Origin: an uncultured delta proteobacterium
Lineage (GTDB): Bacteria > Desulfobacterota > Binatia > Binatales > Binataceae
Direction of reading: 5' to 3'
NCBI GenBank assembly: GCA_963755905.1
Contig: CAVWLM010000006.1
Coordinates: 538,559 to 602,558 of the forward strand
DNA: 64,000 nt
The position numbers and the translations under genes are program-made. The notes below the pieces were generated by a model that did not search any database, was not told the DNA's origin, and worked only from the letters and a program-made list of their open reading frames with translations. Of this stretch, positions 43,279-53,546 are shown one piece after another; position 1 is the stretch's first letter; the number at the start of each line of letters is the position of its first letter.

Positions 43279-44130
43279 TCAGCGCTCGTCGTTCGGTTCC
43301 GGCGATTGTTCAGGATTGAGCAACAACAGATCGCCGCCGAGGTTGCGCACCAGAAAGCGCTGGACCTCCGCCACCGCGCGCTCGAGCGCGCGGCCCCCGA
43401 TAAGCCAATGGCCGCGGCCCGGTAGGACACGAATTGCCGCTCCTATTCGGGCGGCGAAATCGCTGGTTTTATCCAGCGGCGCAAACGGATCGGAATCGCC
43501 CGCCACGATCAGCCGTGGCACGGCCCGGCCGCCTTCGTCGAATTTGATCCGCCCATGCATGATTTCGAGCGCCGCGCGCGCGTCGTCGGCCACCAGAGCG
43601 AGCGTCAATGCCTCGCGCTGGAACGGCTCGGCATCGGCCAGCAAATCGAAAAGCCGCGCGCCACGAGGCGGCTTCAGCGCGCGGCCGAGCAAACGCGCCG
43701 GCCAGTTCGCAACGCCCGTCACCAGCGGCGATCGAAACCCGGGGAGCATCGGTGCCAACGCGACCGCCGCTCGCACCCGCGGATGTCCAGCGGCGTTCAG
43801 CGCCAGTAATCCGCCCAGTCCATGACCGACGACAATCGCGTCGCGCTCCAGCGCCGCGACGGCTTCGGCGAGCGTCGCGGCGAGCACGTCGAAGGCGGCG
43901 GCGCCCGGATTCGATCCGCGCGGCGCGGTGCGCGCTACTGCCGCCGCCGCGCGAAGATCTGGCGCATAGACCTCCCATCCGATGCTTGCGAAATATCCGC
44001 GCGCGACTGCCAGATGGCGCGCGGTAGTGAAAAGCTCGGGCAGCAGCAGCAGCGGCCACGCGAACTTCAGCGGTTCCGGGCGTTCGCACTCTGCAGGTAT
44101 TCGGCCAAGCCGCGTTTCCATCGCATCCAC
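43279..44130 (-). CDS. Alpha/beta-fold hydrolase
   Basis: Nucleophile elbow GHGLGG; 283 aa. Confidence 0.7.
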   Translation of the reverse strand: MDAMETRLGRIPAECERPEPLKFAWPLLLLPELFTTARHLAVARGYFASIGWEVYAPDLRAAAAVARTAPRGSNPGAAAFDVLAATLAEAVAALERDAIVVGHGLGGLLALNAAGHPRVRAAVALAPMLPGFRSPLVTGVANWPARLLGRALKPPRGARLFDLLADAEPFQREALTLALVADDARAALEIMHGRIKFDEGGRAVPRLIVAGDSDPFAPLDKTSDFAARIGAAIRVLPGRGHWLIGGRALERAVAEVQRFLVRNLGGDLLLLNPEQSPEPNDER

Positions 44131-44222
44131 GTTGCGCCGCGCGCCCGACGTGTCGCAAGGAAAAGGACTGCTATCGTTGTGGGGAGTCCGCGCCCCACAC
44201 GTTTGTGACCGGGTCCTGGACG

Positions 44223-44253
44223 AAAAAAAGAGGGCCCCCTTTCAGGGGCCCTC
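44223..44253 (-). terminator. Rho-independent terminator (9-bp GC stem GAGGGCCCC / GGGGCCCTC, 6-nt loop, T7 tract)
   Basis: On the plus strand: AAAAAAA-GAGGGCCCCCTTTCAGGGGCCCTC. Confidence 0.6.
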
Positions 44254-44345
44254 TCGCGGTACGGGGTCGATTCACCCCGGCTTATCCCAGCAGCATGTCC
44301 GGCATCTTCGCCAGCCTCCGGTTTCCCGGAGGGAAACTTACGTGG

Positions 44346-44441
44346 TTACTTCTTCTTTTTCTTGCCGGCTTTCTTCTTCATGCTCGTCTTTAGCTTGGGT
44401 TTGGATTTTGTAGCTGAACTTCTTTTCTTTGTTACTGGCAT
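44346..44441 (-). CDS. Candidate 31-aa extremely lysine-rich small protein (MPVTKKRSSATKSKPKLKTSMKKKAGKKKKK)
   Basis: ATG preceded by a perfect Shine-Dalgarno sequence AAGGAGGTG at 4-nt spacing; TAA stop; a textbook terminator lies about 100 nt downstream; not in the ORF track because it is short. Confidence 0.45.
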   Translation of the reverse strand: MPVTKKRSSATKSKPKLKTSMKKKAGKKKKK

Positions 44442-44678
44442 AGACACCTCCTTACAGTGCTGCTGCCGGACAAGCTCTGAAAACCCCGCTAGCAGGGCCG
44501 CTATGGCCTCGCTTCGGGTTGAATTATAGAAACCCGTTATTCAAAAATCAAGCGGAACGCGCATCATTTATAAAGAAATTTTAAAATCGTAAGAAGCCTT
44601 TGCTTGTCTGATCTTTGCCAGGATTAGAATGGTGTTCAGTCATAAGCCCGCTTGAAGTTCAGGGCAAGTCTTTTTACC

Positions 44679-45029
44679 ATGCTGCTTGTGAAACGTTTGA
44701 GTCTCTATCTACGCCGCCAGTGGCTGACGCTGGTCCTGGCTGCCGCCTGTGGACTGCTCGCCCTGGACTTTGCAATGGGGCCCTTGGGTGTTCGGGATCT
44801 GACGCTGCTGCGGGCACGGCGCATCCAGCTCGAAACCGTCCACAAAAAACTGCTAAAGTCCAACGCGGCGTTGAAGCTCAAACTAGGCCGGCTGGGCAAT
44901 GACGACCGCTATCTCGAACGCCGCATCCGCGAACAACTGGGCTACGTGCGTCCCGACGAACTGGTCTATCGTTTCGCCACCGAAAGTCCGTCCCAGGCTT
45001 CCGACGCCCAAGCTTCCGACGATCGCTAG
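44679..45029 (+). CDS. Septum formation initiator (FtsB/DivIC-like) family protein
   Basis: Short N-terminal region, one TM segment (LTLVLAAACGLLALDFAM), then a coiled coil; the ATG at 44679 is preferred over the TTG at 44652. Confidence 0.5.
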   Translation: MLLVKRLSLYLRRQWLTLVLAAACGLLALDFAMGPLGVRDLTLLRARRIQLETVHKKLLKSNAALKLKLGRLGNDDRYLERRIREQLGYVRPDELVYRFATESPSQASDAQASDDR

Positions 45030-45299
45030 GCCGAAAAGCCGCCGCTGAAAATTGCCGCGGCCGCGAACGGCGAAGATCAGCGATAATCGAACCCAACCGC
45101 TACGAAGACAAAGGCCATCGGAATCATCGCGCGCGAACGAACGCCGCGCGAATCCGCGCGGATTTCGGGGTTACCGCGCGCTTCGCTACACTCACATCGA
45201 GTAGCGCGATCGGATGACGACAAGGCTGCACGCGCCGCGCTTGCTTGACTGCAAAGCCGCCATACGATTTCCTTCATCGCGCGCCCAGGCCAGGTCCAG

Positions 45300-46541
45300 A
45301 TGCCGACTTCGCAACCATCCCAACCACTCGCGTCCAGCGCGGCGCCCGGCGGCAAATCGCGCCTGATTCTCTTCGCAACCGTCTTTTTCGACCTGCTCGG
45401 CTTCGGGATCGTGATTCCGTTTCTGCCGATGTACGCGACGCGCCTGGGCGTGGGCGCCGGCGCGATCGGATTGATTCTTTCCGCCTACTCGATAATGCAA
45501 TTCATCTTCGCTCCGGTGCTCGGACGGCTCTCCGATCGAATAGGGCGGCGTCCGGTCATCATGCTGGGGCTGCTCGGCTCCTCGCTGAGCTATGTGATCT
45601 ATGGATTTACCGATTCGTTCGCGGGCCTGTTGATCTCGCGCGCGGTGCACGGAGCGTGCGCGGCGACGATCTCGACCGCGCAGGCCTACGTCGCCGACAC
45701 CACCGAGGAATCGAAGCGCGCGCATGCGATGGGAATGATCGGTGCGGCGTTCGGATTGGGCTTTGTGCTGGGACCGGCGGTCGGCGGTCTGCTCGGCGCG
45801 GTGAGCCTGCGTACGCCGGTTCTGTTCGCGGCTGCGTTGACCTTCATTAATCTCATTTTCGCGGCGATATGGCTGCCCGAGTCGCATAATCCGCAGGCAT
45901 TTTCGCGTGATGCGGTGGCGGGCGGACGCGGAGGATCGCGCGCAGGTTCCCGATCGTCGTTCGATCTGCCGCGCCGGCTGGGCCGTCATCGCGCGCTCAC
46001 GCCGTTGTTCCTGATAGCCTTCTTATTGACCCTTGCGATCGCCGTGCTGGAGGCGACCTTCGCCCTGACCCTGCCGGCGGTCTACGGCTATGCGGCGGCC
46101 GGCGTCGGCGGTCTACTGGCCTTTGCCGGATTGGCGCAGGCGGTTGCACAAGGCTACCTGGTGGGCAAACTGGTGCCGCGCACGGGCGAGGCCGCGCTGG
46201 TGGTGGCCGGTGCGGCGGCGCTCGCGATAGGATTGGCGCCGCTGGGAAGCTGGGCCTCGCGCGGAGCGCTGTATGGGATGCTTATTCTGATCGCGTCGGG
46301 TTACGGTATCGGCACGACTGCGGTTGCCACTCTGATTTCGCGGCGCACGGGACGCGAGTTACAGGGCGAAGCGATGGGGCTCAACCAGTCGGTTCTCTCG
46401 CTGGCGCGCGTAATCGGCCCAATCGCAGGCGGCCTTATCTACCAGGCGAAGGGTCCGGCGGCGCCGTACCTTGTCGGCGCGATGGTGGCGGCGGCGGCGA
46501 CGGTACTGGCGACGCGGATAGGCCGTACTCGAACGGCCTGA
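45300..46541 (+). CDS. MFS transporter (DHA1/TetA-like, 12-TMS)
   Basis: MFS motif GRLSDRIGRRPV; 413 aa. Confidence 0.8.
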   Translation: MPTSQPSQPLASSAAPGGKSRLILFATVFFDLLGFGIVIPFLPMYATRLGVGAGAIGLILSAYSIMQFIFAPVLGRLSDRIGRRPVIMLGLLGSSLSYVIYGFTDSFAGLLISRAVHGACAATISTAQAYVADTTEESKRAHAMGMIGAAFGLGFVLGPAVGGLLGAVSLRTPVLFAAALTFINLIFAAIWLPESHNPQAFSRDAVAGGRGGSRAGSRSSFDLPRRLGRHRALTPLFLIAFLLTLAIAVLEATFALTLPAVYGYAAAGVGGLLAFAGLAQAVAQGYLVGKLVPRTGEAALVVAGAAALAIGLAPLGSWASRGALYGMLILIASGYGIGTTAVATLISRRTGRELQGEAMGLNQSVLSLARVIGPIAGGLIYQAKGPAAPYLVGAMVAAAATVLATRIGRTRTA

Positions 46542-46557
46542 GGTAAGGAGCGGCGCG

Positions 46558-46995
46558 ATGTTCAATTCGGCGGGCCTGATCGGCTGGATAATCGCTTTTC
46601 ACCTGTTCGCGGTGATCATCTGGATTGGCAATTTGCTGGTAGTGGCGTCGATCCTCTCGCTGGCCGCCGAAGAGGTCGGCGCGGCGCGCGAGCGGCTTAT
46701 CGGTGTTTCGCGACGCTTGTTTCAGGTCGGATGCAATATCGGGGCGCTGGCCACAATCATCTTCGGCATCATCCTGATCCTGCTGGTTCCCTCCACGCTC
46801 ACGAGAGGCTGGCTACATGCGAAGCTGTTGCTGGTGATCGTGCTGCTCTACCTGCATTACCGCCTGTACCGGCGCATCCTGAGCCTGGAGAAGGACCCGT
46901 CGGGAGCCTCGGCCGGCGAGTTCAAGATGATTCACGGACTCGTCAGCCTGCTGCTGCTCGCGATCCTGCTGCTCGCGGTGATCCAGCCGTTCTAG
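46558..46995 (+). CDS. hemJ: CopD/HemJ-family membrane protein (probable protoporphyrinogen IX oxidase HemJ)
   Basis: 145 aa, four TM segments, WLHAKLLLVIVLLYLHY motif characteristic of the HemJ/UPF0093 family. Confidence 0.5.
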   Translation: MFNSAGLIGWIIAFHLFAVIIWIGNLLVVASILSLAAEEVGAARERLIGVSRRLFQVGCNIGALATIIFGIILILLVPSTLTRGWLHAKLLLVIVLLYLHYRLYRRILSLEKDPSGASAGEFKMIHGLVSLLLLAILLLAVIQPF

Positions 46996-47067
46996 CGAGC
47001 GGCACGAGGCGTCACAAATGAAGACGCGGCCGCGCCAAGGCGCGGCCGCGGAAGGGCATTTTCGGAT

Positions 47068-47784
47068 TTAACGCCGGAACTGGGCGACGCGATCGCCGCG
47101 AATTTCCTGTATGACAGGAGCGGGAGCCCTGATTGGAACAGGGGCGCGAACCGGGATTCTTCGGTTGATCTTCGGCACGACCGGAAAGGGATTGCGAAAC
47201 TTCAGAACTTCGCCGTCGAAAGACTCGAAACAGACCGCGGTCGCGACGTCCACCGTCATCTCGAGCGCCGGACCCTCCAGCACCATCGGCTGCGCCCAGT
47301 GAGGAGTGCCGTCAAGCGACGTTATATAGTGCCAGGGGATCGGGTCACCGGCGCGGGCAAAAGTCTTATACAGGAACGTGGTGTCGCGCGGTTTCAGGGC
47401 CACGTAGACCAGTATCGCCTTGGCCCCGCGCAGGCCCGAGAGGACGTAACCCGCGTGCCTGGCGAGGCGCGCCGCTCCTGGCGCCAGCGCCCACAGCTCT
47501 CCGCATTCATAAACGTGCTCAGGAGCTAGATGAGTCAGATCGGGCCGCGGATAGCTCTGCGGAAACATCGCCAGATTGTGAATAACAAATCCGGCGAGCA
47601 TCTCGTCAGGCTCCGGACCGTCCTCATCGTAGAGGCCGCACACCTCGCCATAGTTGAGGTGGATCTCGCCGAGGACCGACTGGGGCGACTCGCTAAAACC
47701 GGCCCCCTTACCGGCTCTGGCGCGCACCATCCGATTGGCGAATTCATCACGTTCGGTTTGCGTTTTTAGGATTCGCAGTTCCAA
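47068..47784 (-). CDS. Hypothetical protein (possible GNAT-like acyltransferase fold)
   Basis: 238-aa ORF with coding-like composition; no firm family. Confidence 0.4.
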   Translation of the reverse strand: MELRILKTQTERDEFANRMVRARAGKGAGFSESPQSVLGEIHLNYGEVCGLYDEDGPEPDEMLAGFVIHNLAMFPQSYPRPDLTHLAPEHVYECGELWALAPGAARLARHAGYVLSGLRGAKAILVYVALKPRDTTFLYKTFARAGDPIPWHYITSLDGTPHWAQPMVLEGPALEMTVDVATAVCFESFDGEVLKFRNPFPVVPKINRRIPVRAPVPIRAPAPVIQEIRGDRVAQFRR

Positions 47785-47989
47785 GACAATACCCCGGGTT
47801 CGTAGGCGCGACCAATCAGGCCATCTTTGTCACTAATGTTTTAGCGTAATGTTGCACGTTTGCAAAGGTCTGATGCAGGATCGCCTGCTTTTAGATGCTT
47901 ACGGCTTCAATTAATCGTGAATTAACTCGCTTTTTTCCAGGGCACACTATTTGCGTGCTAGGCGCTCCTGAGCACGAAGAAGTTTGTAA

Positions 47990-50692
47990 ATGCGCCAATC
48001 TTTATCCGAACCAATTCGAGGTCCGAATACTGACGGTTTCGAAGCGAAGCCGACTCTGCCCGACGACGCGTGGGCCGTTCTGCTTACGCGGGTTGGAATC
48101 GCCGTCATCCTCGTCACCCAGCCGTTTTACATAATTTCCGAACTCCGTCTCGGCCATGGTGGGGAAGTCGATCCATGGCTGCTCACCGGTTTTCACCTCC
48201 TCAACTTCGCCGCCGCTCTGGCTGGACTCGGCCTAAGCTGGACGCAAGGCTTTCGCGAGCGCTGGCGTTTGGCCGCGTTCGCGTTGTGCGGGATGCTCAT
48301 TGTGAGTTCGACGGTGATGAGCATCACCGCGGGTGGGCGTCACGAGGCCTTGTTCCTTTCGCTCCAGCAAATCGTTCTGGGTTCGGCGATGCTGGTGCCG
48401 TGGGAATCGCGATGGCAATTCGGCCTGGGCGCGCTGAGCGTCCTGGCGCTGCTGGCTAATACGTTGCTGGTGCCGCACGTCGATCCCAACCTTCTCTACC
48501 ACTGGCTGGGAGTAATCACCGCGGCAGGTCTCTCCCAGTGCGCGACGAGCTTTGGCGTGCGCTATCGCGAGCGCACTCAACAATACCGGGCGTTGCGCGA
48601 GCGCGAGCTTCAACTTGGGGAGAGCGAAGAAAAATTCCGCCGCGTGTTCGAGACCAGTTCCGACGTGATCGTCATCACCCGAAACGCCGGCGGCCATATC
48701 ATCGACGTCAATCGTGAGTTCGTCGAGCGCACGGGCTTCAGCCGCGAGGAAGTGATCAATCGCCATCCGGCGGATCTGGACTTGTGGGATAGCCGCGAAC
48801 AGGCAAAGCGATTGTCCGACGCGATCAGGGCCACCGGCTTCGCGCGCAATATCGAGGGCCGCTTCCGGATGCGCAGCGGTGAATCGGTCACGGCGCTGAT
48901 CTCTTCGGTTAGGGCGACGATCAACGGCGAGGAATGCGTGATCAGCGCGGCGCGCGACGTGACAGAGCTGCGCAAGGTACACGAAGCATTGGTTTCGGCG
49001 CGAGAGGTTGCCCTGGCGGCGTCGGAAGCCAAATCGCAATTCCTCTCCTGCATGTCCCACGAGATACGCACTCCGCTCAACGTCATCCTCGGTTCCGCCG
49101 ATCTGCTGACCGACACCCAACTCGGCCCCGAGCAACGCCACTATGTCGATCGTGTAATCAACAACGGCTCCAACCTGCTCGATCTTCTCAACAGCATTCT
49201 TGACCTCACTCGGGTCGAGAGCGGACAGCTTAACCTCGAACTCGCGCCTTTCAACGTCGCGGAACTGGCCGAGCGCGTCGTCGATACGCTGGCCATCCGC
49301 ACCCGCGAGACCGAAGTCGAAATAGTGGCACGCTGCGCGCGGGATTTGCCCGCGGTTCTGCTTGGCGATCCGCTGCGTCTCAACCAGGTGCTGACCAACC
49401 TGGTCGGCAACGCGCTCAAGTTTACGGAGCGTGGCGAGGTCGTCGTCACAATCGAGCGCGATACGCAAAGCCGCGACCCCGGCGCGCTGCGCTTTTCCGT
49501 AAGCGACACCGGCATCGGCATCCCGCCCGAGAAACTTGCCTCGATCTTCTCACCCTTCGCCCAGGCCGACTCCTCGACCACGCGCAAGTACGGCGGCAGC
49601 GGCCTCGGCCTCGCGATCGTGGAGCGGTTGGTGCAGTTGATGGGCGGTCGGGTGTGGGTCGAAAGCGAAGTCGGGCGGGGCAGCACTTTTCACTTCACCG
49701 CCAGCTTCGGCGTGCCGCAGGGCGCGACAGATGCGGCCCCCCGGGTCGATCTTGGCGGAGTGCGCGTGTTGTTCATGGATCGCAATGCGACCTGTCGCGC
49801 GACCGCGCGCGATATTTTCGAAACGCACGGCGCCACCGTCGTCGAAGCAGCATCGGCGAACGAGGCTTGGAAAGCGGTCGAACAGGCTAAACAGGCCGCG
49901 CGGCCGTTCTCGCTCGTGTTCGCGGACTGTTCAAGTCCGGATGCCGGCGGTTTCGAACTCGCGCGGCGCATCGACGCCAGCGCGGACCGCGCGGCCGGGT
50001 TGACGGTAGCCACCGTCAGTTCGTACGACCTTTCGAAAGCGTTCGTAGGGTTGCGCGAGGCTGGCCTCGATCACTATGTGGTCAAGCCGCTTAAGCGTGC
50101 CGATCTGCTGGCTGCCGCGGCGGATTTCGCAAACCGCGCCCCGCTTGCACTCAAATCCGCGGCCGGCTCGGCAGCGACGTTTGTCGCCGCGCTCGACCAA
50201 TCCGCGCAGGCTTCGTCAGATAGTCTCGTAGCCGCGCCCGCCCAGTCAGCTCCGCCAATCACGACGGCTGAGCCTGCCAGAGCGCCCTGTCGAATCCTGC
50301 TCGCCGATGATTCGATCGATAACCGCCTGTTGATCCGCGCCTATCTCGGCAAGACCGGTTACGGGCTCGACGAGGCTGAGAACGGTCAGATCGCGGTCGA
50401 TAAACTCTTGAGCGGGCGTTACGACCTGGTCCTGATGGACATCCAGATGCCGGTTATGGACGGCTTCTCGGCCGTACGGCGCATCCGGCAATGGGAGAAG
50501 GAAAACGGCGCCCGCCGCACTCCGATTATCGCGCTGACCGCATCGGCCTTCGACGAGACCGTACGCAAGGCGACTGAAGCGGGATGCGATTCGCATCTGG
50601 GCAAGCCGCTAAGGCGCAGCACCCTGATGCGCGTCATTCGGGAGACCGCGTTCGGCGACAATCCCAATCAGCCCGAATCCGCCGCCGCCTGA
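47990..50692 (+). CDS. Hybrid sensor histidine kinase / response regulator (membrane sensor, PAS, HisKA, HATPase, degenerate REC, REC)
   Basis: H-box SHEIRTPLN; G2 box GGSGLGLAIV; C-terminal REC with D...LMDIQMP...K. Confidence 0.85.
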   Translation: MRQSLSEPIRGPNTDGFEAKPTLPDDAWAVLLTRVGIAVILVTQPFYIISELRLGHGGEVDPWLLTGFHLLNFAAALAGLGLSWTQGFRERWRLAAFALCGMLIVSSTVMSITAGGRHEALFLSLQQIVLGSAMLVPWESRWQFGLGALSVLALLANTLLVPHVDPNLLYHWLGVITAAGLSQCATSFGVRYRERTQQYRALRERELQLGESEEKFRRVFETSSDVIVITRNAGGHIIDVNREFVERTGFSREEVINRHPADLDLWDSREQAKRLSDAIRATGFARNIEGRFRMRSGESVTALISSVRATINGEECVISAARDVTELRKVHEALVSAREVALAASEAKSQFLSCMSHEIRTPLNVILGSADLLTDTQLGPEQRHYVDRVINNGSNLLDLLNSILDLTRVESGQLNLELAPFNVAELAERVVDTLAIRTRETEVEIVARCARDLPAVLLGDPLRLNQVLTNLVGNALKFTERGEVVVTIERDTQSRDPGALRFSVSDTGIGIPPEKLASIFSPFAQADSSTTRKYGGSGLGLAIVERLVQLMGGRVWVESEVGRGSTFHFTASFGVPQGATDAAPRVDLGGVRVLFMDRNATCRATARDIFETHGATVVEAASANEAWKAVEQAKQAARPFSLVFADCSSPDAGGFELARRIDASADRAAGLTVATVSSYDLSKAFVGLREAGLDHYVVKPLKRADLLAAAADFANRAPLALKSAAGSAATFVAALDQSAQASSDSLVAAPAQSAPPITTAEPARAPCRILLADDSIDNRLLIRAYLGKTGYGLDEAENGQIAVDKLLSGRYDLVLMDIQMPVMDGFSAVRRIRQWEKENGARRTPIIALTASAFDETVRKATEAGCDSHLGKPLRRSTLMRVIRETAFGDNPNQPESAAA

Positions 50693-50721
50693 GGTTTAGC
50701 CCGCTCCGGATCGAGGTGTGG

Positions 50722-51915
50722 TCAGGCGGTCGAGCCGCTGTAAGCGCGGTCGGCTGCGGCGAGCGACCTGCCACGCGCGATCTCGAATCCCATCGATTCC
50801 AGGATCGTCTCCAGCGCGCTCAGCACGAGCATCACGTTCTCGCGCTTGCACGACTCGCCCATGAGACCGATGCGCCATATCTTGCCCTTGAGCGGTCCGA
50901 GCCCCGCGCCAATCTCGATATTGAACTTCTCCAGAAGTTGCGAGCGTACCTTCGCTTCTTCGATGCCTGAAGGCACTGCCACCGTGGTGAGTTGTGGCAG
51001 CCGAAAGCCTTCCTGAGCCGCTAGATCCAACCCCATCCCGATGATTCCCGCCTGTAGCGCCGCGGCGTGGGCGCGATGGCGCCGGAAGCGGGCCTCGAGC
51101 CCTTCCTCGACCACGATCCGCAGCGCTTCATACAAAGCATAGTTCATCGTGACCGGTGCGGTGTGATGGTAGACGCGGTCGGGTCCCCAGTACTTCTCGA
51201 TCATCGAGAGGTCGAAATACCACGAGGTGCACGGCGTCTTGCGCTTCCCGATAACTTCCATTGCGCGCGGGCTCAAGGTCACCGGTGACAGTCCCGGCGG
51301 GGCGCCGATACCTTTTTGCGAGCAACTGTAGCAGGCATCGATTTGCCAGTTGTCGATCTCCAGCGGTACGCAGCCGAGCGACGTCACTCCGTCGGCGACC
51401 ATCAGCGCGCCGTGTGCATGCGCCAGCTTCGCGATCTCCTCGATCGGCTGATGGATCCCGGTCGAGGTCTCGGCGTGCACGATCGCGACCAGCTTGGGCG
51501 CCTTGGCCGTTTTGAGCGCCTTCTCGATTAGCCCGGGCTCGACAATTCTGCCCCACTCGGCGTCGACCCGATGAACCCGTGCGCCGAGCCGCGTCGCCAG
51601 TTCGACCGGACGCACGCCGAATATGCCAGCCGTTCCGATCACGACCTCGTCGCCCTTTTCGATCAGATTCGACAGCACGGCTTCCATCCCCGCCGAGCCG
51701 GTGCCCGAAATCGGAAAGGTGACTTCGTTGGTGGTCTGGAAGACAATCCGCAACATCTTCCTGATGTAGTCCATCACCTTGAGGAAGTCGGGATCGAGAT
51801 GGCCGACCACCGGCGACAGCAGCGCCTTCATAACTCGAGGGTGAATGTTCGAGGGGCCCGGCCCCAGCAGCACACGGGCGGAGGGTTGCAACTCCGGAAA
51901 GGAGGAACTTGACAA
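50722..51915 (-). CDS. Alanine--glyoxylate / serine--pyruvate aminotransferase (class V, AGXT family)
   Basis: 397 aa; PLP-lysine context SCSQKGIGAPPG. Confidence 0.8.
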   Translation of the reverse strand: MSSSSFPELQPSARVLLGPGPSNIHPRVMKALLSPVVGHLDPDFLKVMDYIRKMLRIVFQTTNEVTFPISGTGSAGMEAVLSNLIEKGDEVVIGTAGIFGVRPVELATRLGARVHRVDAEWGRIVEPGLIEKALKTAKAPKLVAIVHAETSTGIHQPIEEIAKLAHAHGALMVADGVTSLGCVPLEIDNWQIDACYSCSQKGIGAPPGLSPVTLSPRAMEVIGKRKTPCTSWYFDLSMIEKYWGPDRVYHHTAPVTMNYALYEALRIVVEEGLEARFRRHRAHAAALQAGIIGMGLDLAAQEGFRLPQLTTVAVPSGIEEAKVRSQLLEKFNIEIGAGLGPLKGKIWRIGLMGESCKRENVMLVLSALETILESMGFEIARGRSLAAADRAYSGSTA

Positions 51916-52082
51916 AGGCGGTCTCCCTTTTCAGCCTGGGCGCGTCTATCCGCGTTTCATAGCGCGGGTACGAGCCAACGGCTACCTTGCATTGCCATCA
52001 TTATGACTGGAAGGGCGCGCATGGCAAAAGCATCCGGGTCAGACCGGATCGAATCCCCGCGATCATGCTAGAGTAGCTCGCC

Positions 52083-53543
52083 GTGGAACACCGAACCTCC
52101 GCCTCGCAACTTGAACCGGGCCTGGCCGCGCTCGCCGCGGAGCTAAGAAAAATCGTCGGCGCCGACGGAGTCGTCGCGCGCCCGAGCGAGCTCGCCGTCT
52201 ACGAGTGCGACGGATGGACCATCGCCAAAAGCGCGCCCGACTTGCTGGTGCTGCCGCGAACCACCGCGCACGTGAGCTCAGTGCTGACCGCGCTCGAGCG
52301 GCGCGGGATCGCCTTCGTGCCGCGCGGCGCCGGCACGGGCCTGTCCGGCGGATGCCTGCCGCTCGACGCGCCGGTGATGATCTGCACGTCGCGCATGAAC
52401 CGCATCGTCGCCTGCGATCTCGCCAACCGGCGCGTCGAAGTCGAAAGCGGCGTAGTCAATATCAATGTGACCAACGCGGTCAAGGCCGCCGGCTACTTCT
52501 ATGCGCCCGATCCCTCTTCGCAAGCCGCTTGCACCATCGGCGGCAATATCGCCGAAAACTCCGGCGGCCCGCATACGCTGAAGTACGGCGTCACCACCAA
52601 CCACGTGCTTGGAGTCGAGTTGGTGCTCGCGGGCGGCGAAGTCGTCGAGCTGGGCGGTCCGGCCGATGAACGTCTGGGCTACGACCTGGTCGGCGCGGTG
52701 GTCGGCGCCGAAGGCACCGCCGGAATCGTGACGCGTGCGACGTTGAGGCTTTTGCGCGAGCCCCAGGCGCATCGTACGCTGCTGGGGATTTTCCCCAACG
52801 TCGAGCTCGCGACTACCGCGGTCACCGCAATCATCGCCGCCGGCATCATTCCGGGTGCGATCGAAATGATGGACCAGCTCATCATTCGCGCGGTCGAGGA
52901 GGCGTTCAAAGTCGGGTTTCCGGCCGACGCCGGCGCCGTGCTGATCGTCGAGATCGACGGGCTGGAGGCCGGGCTCACCGAACGCGCCGAGCGCATCGCA
53001 CGCATCCTCAGCGAGGCTGGCGCGACCGAGGCGAAACTCGCGCGCGACGAGGCCGAGCGTGCGCTCTTGTGGAAAGCGCGCAAGCGCGCGTTTGGCGCGG
53101 TGGGGCGGCTCGCACCCAACTATGCCACCCAGGACGGCGTGGTGCCGCGCACGCGGCTGCCGGACATCCTGCGCGTCATCTCGATGCTCAGTAATCACTA
53201 CAAACTTGCGATCGGCAACGTCTTCCATGCCGGCGACGGCAATATCCATCCCATCGTGCTGTATGACGAACGCGATCCGGACCAGGTGCGGCGCGCGATC
53301 GAAGTCGGCCGCGAGATCCTCAAGGCTTGCGTCGAAATGGGCGGCACTCTCACCGGCGAGCACGGCATCGGAGTCGAGAAGCAGGACGAGATGCCGCTGT
53401 TGTTTACGCCCGACGACCTCATCGTCATGAGCGAGCTGCGCCAGGTGTTCGATCCTGACGGGCGCGCCAACCCCGGCAAGGTTATTCCGCAACCCGGCGG
53501 CTGCGTCGAAGTTGCCGCACCGCGCCGCCAGGCCCCGCTGTAA
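52083..53543 (+). CDS. glcD: Glycolate oxidase FAD-linked subunit GlcD (FAD-binding oxidase)
   Basis: FAD_binding_4 N-terminal domain plus C-terminal FAD-oxidase domain; GTG start. Confidence 0.8.
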   Translation: MEHRTSASQLEPGLAALAAELRKIVGADGVVARPSELAVYECDGWTIAKSAPDLLVLPRTTAHVSSVLTALERRGIAFVPRGAGTGLSGGCLPLDAPVMICTSRMNRIVACDLANRRVEVESGVVNINVTNAVKAAGYFYAPDPSSQAACTIGGNIAENSGGPHTLKYGVTTNHVLGVELVLAGGEVVELGGPADERLGYDLVGAVVGAEGTAGIVTRATLRLLREPQAHRTLLGIFPNVELATTAVTAIIAAGIIPGAIEMMDQLIIRAVEEAFKVGFPADAGAVLIVEIDGLEAGLTERAERIARILSEAGATEAKLARDEAERALLWKARKRAFGAVGRLAPNYATQDGVVPRTRLPDILRVISMLSNHYKLAIGNVFHAGDGNIHPIVLYDERDPDQVRRAIEVGREILKACVEMGGTLTGEHGIGVEKQDEMPLLFTPDDLIVMSELRQVFDPDGRANPGKVIPQPGGCVEVAAPRRQAPL

Positions 53544-53546
53544 CCG

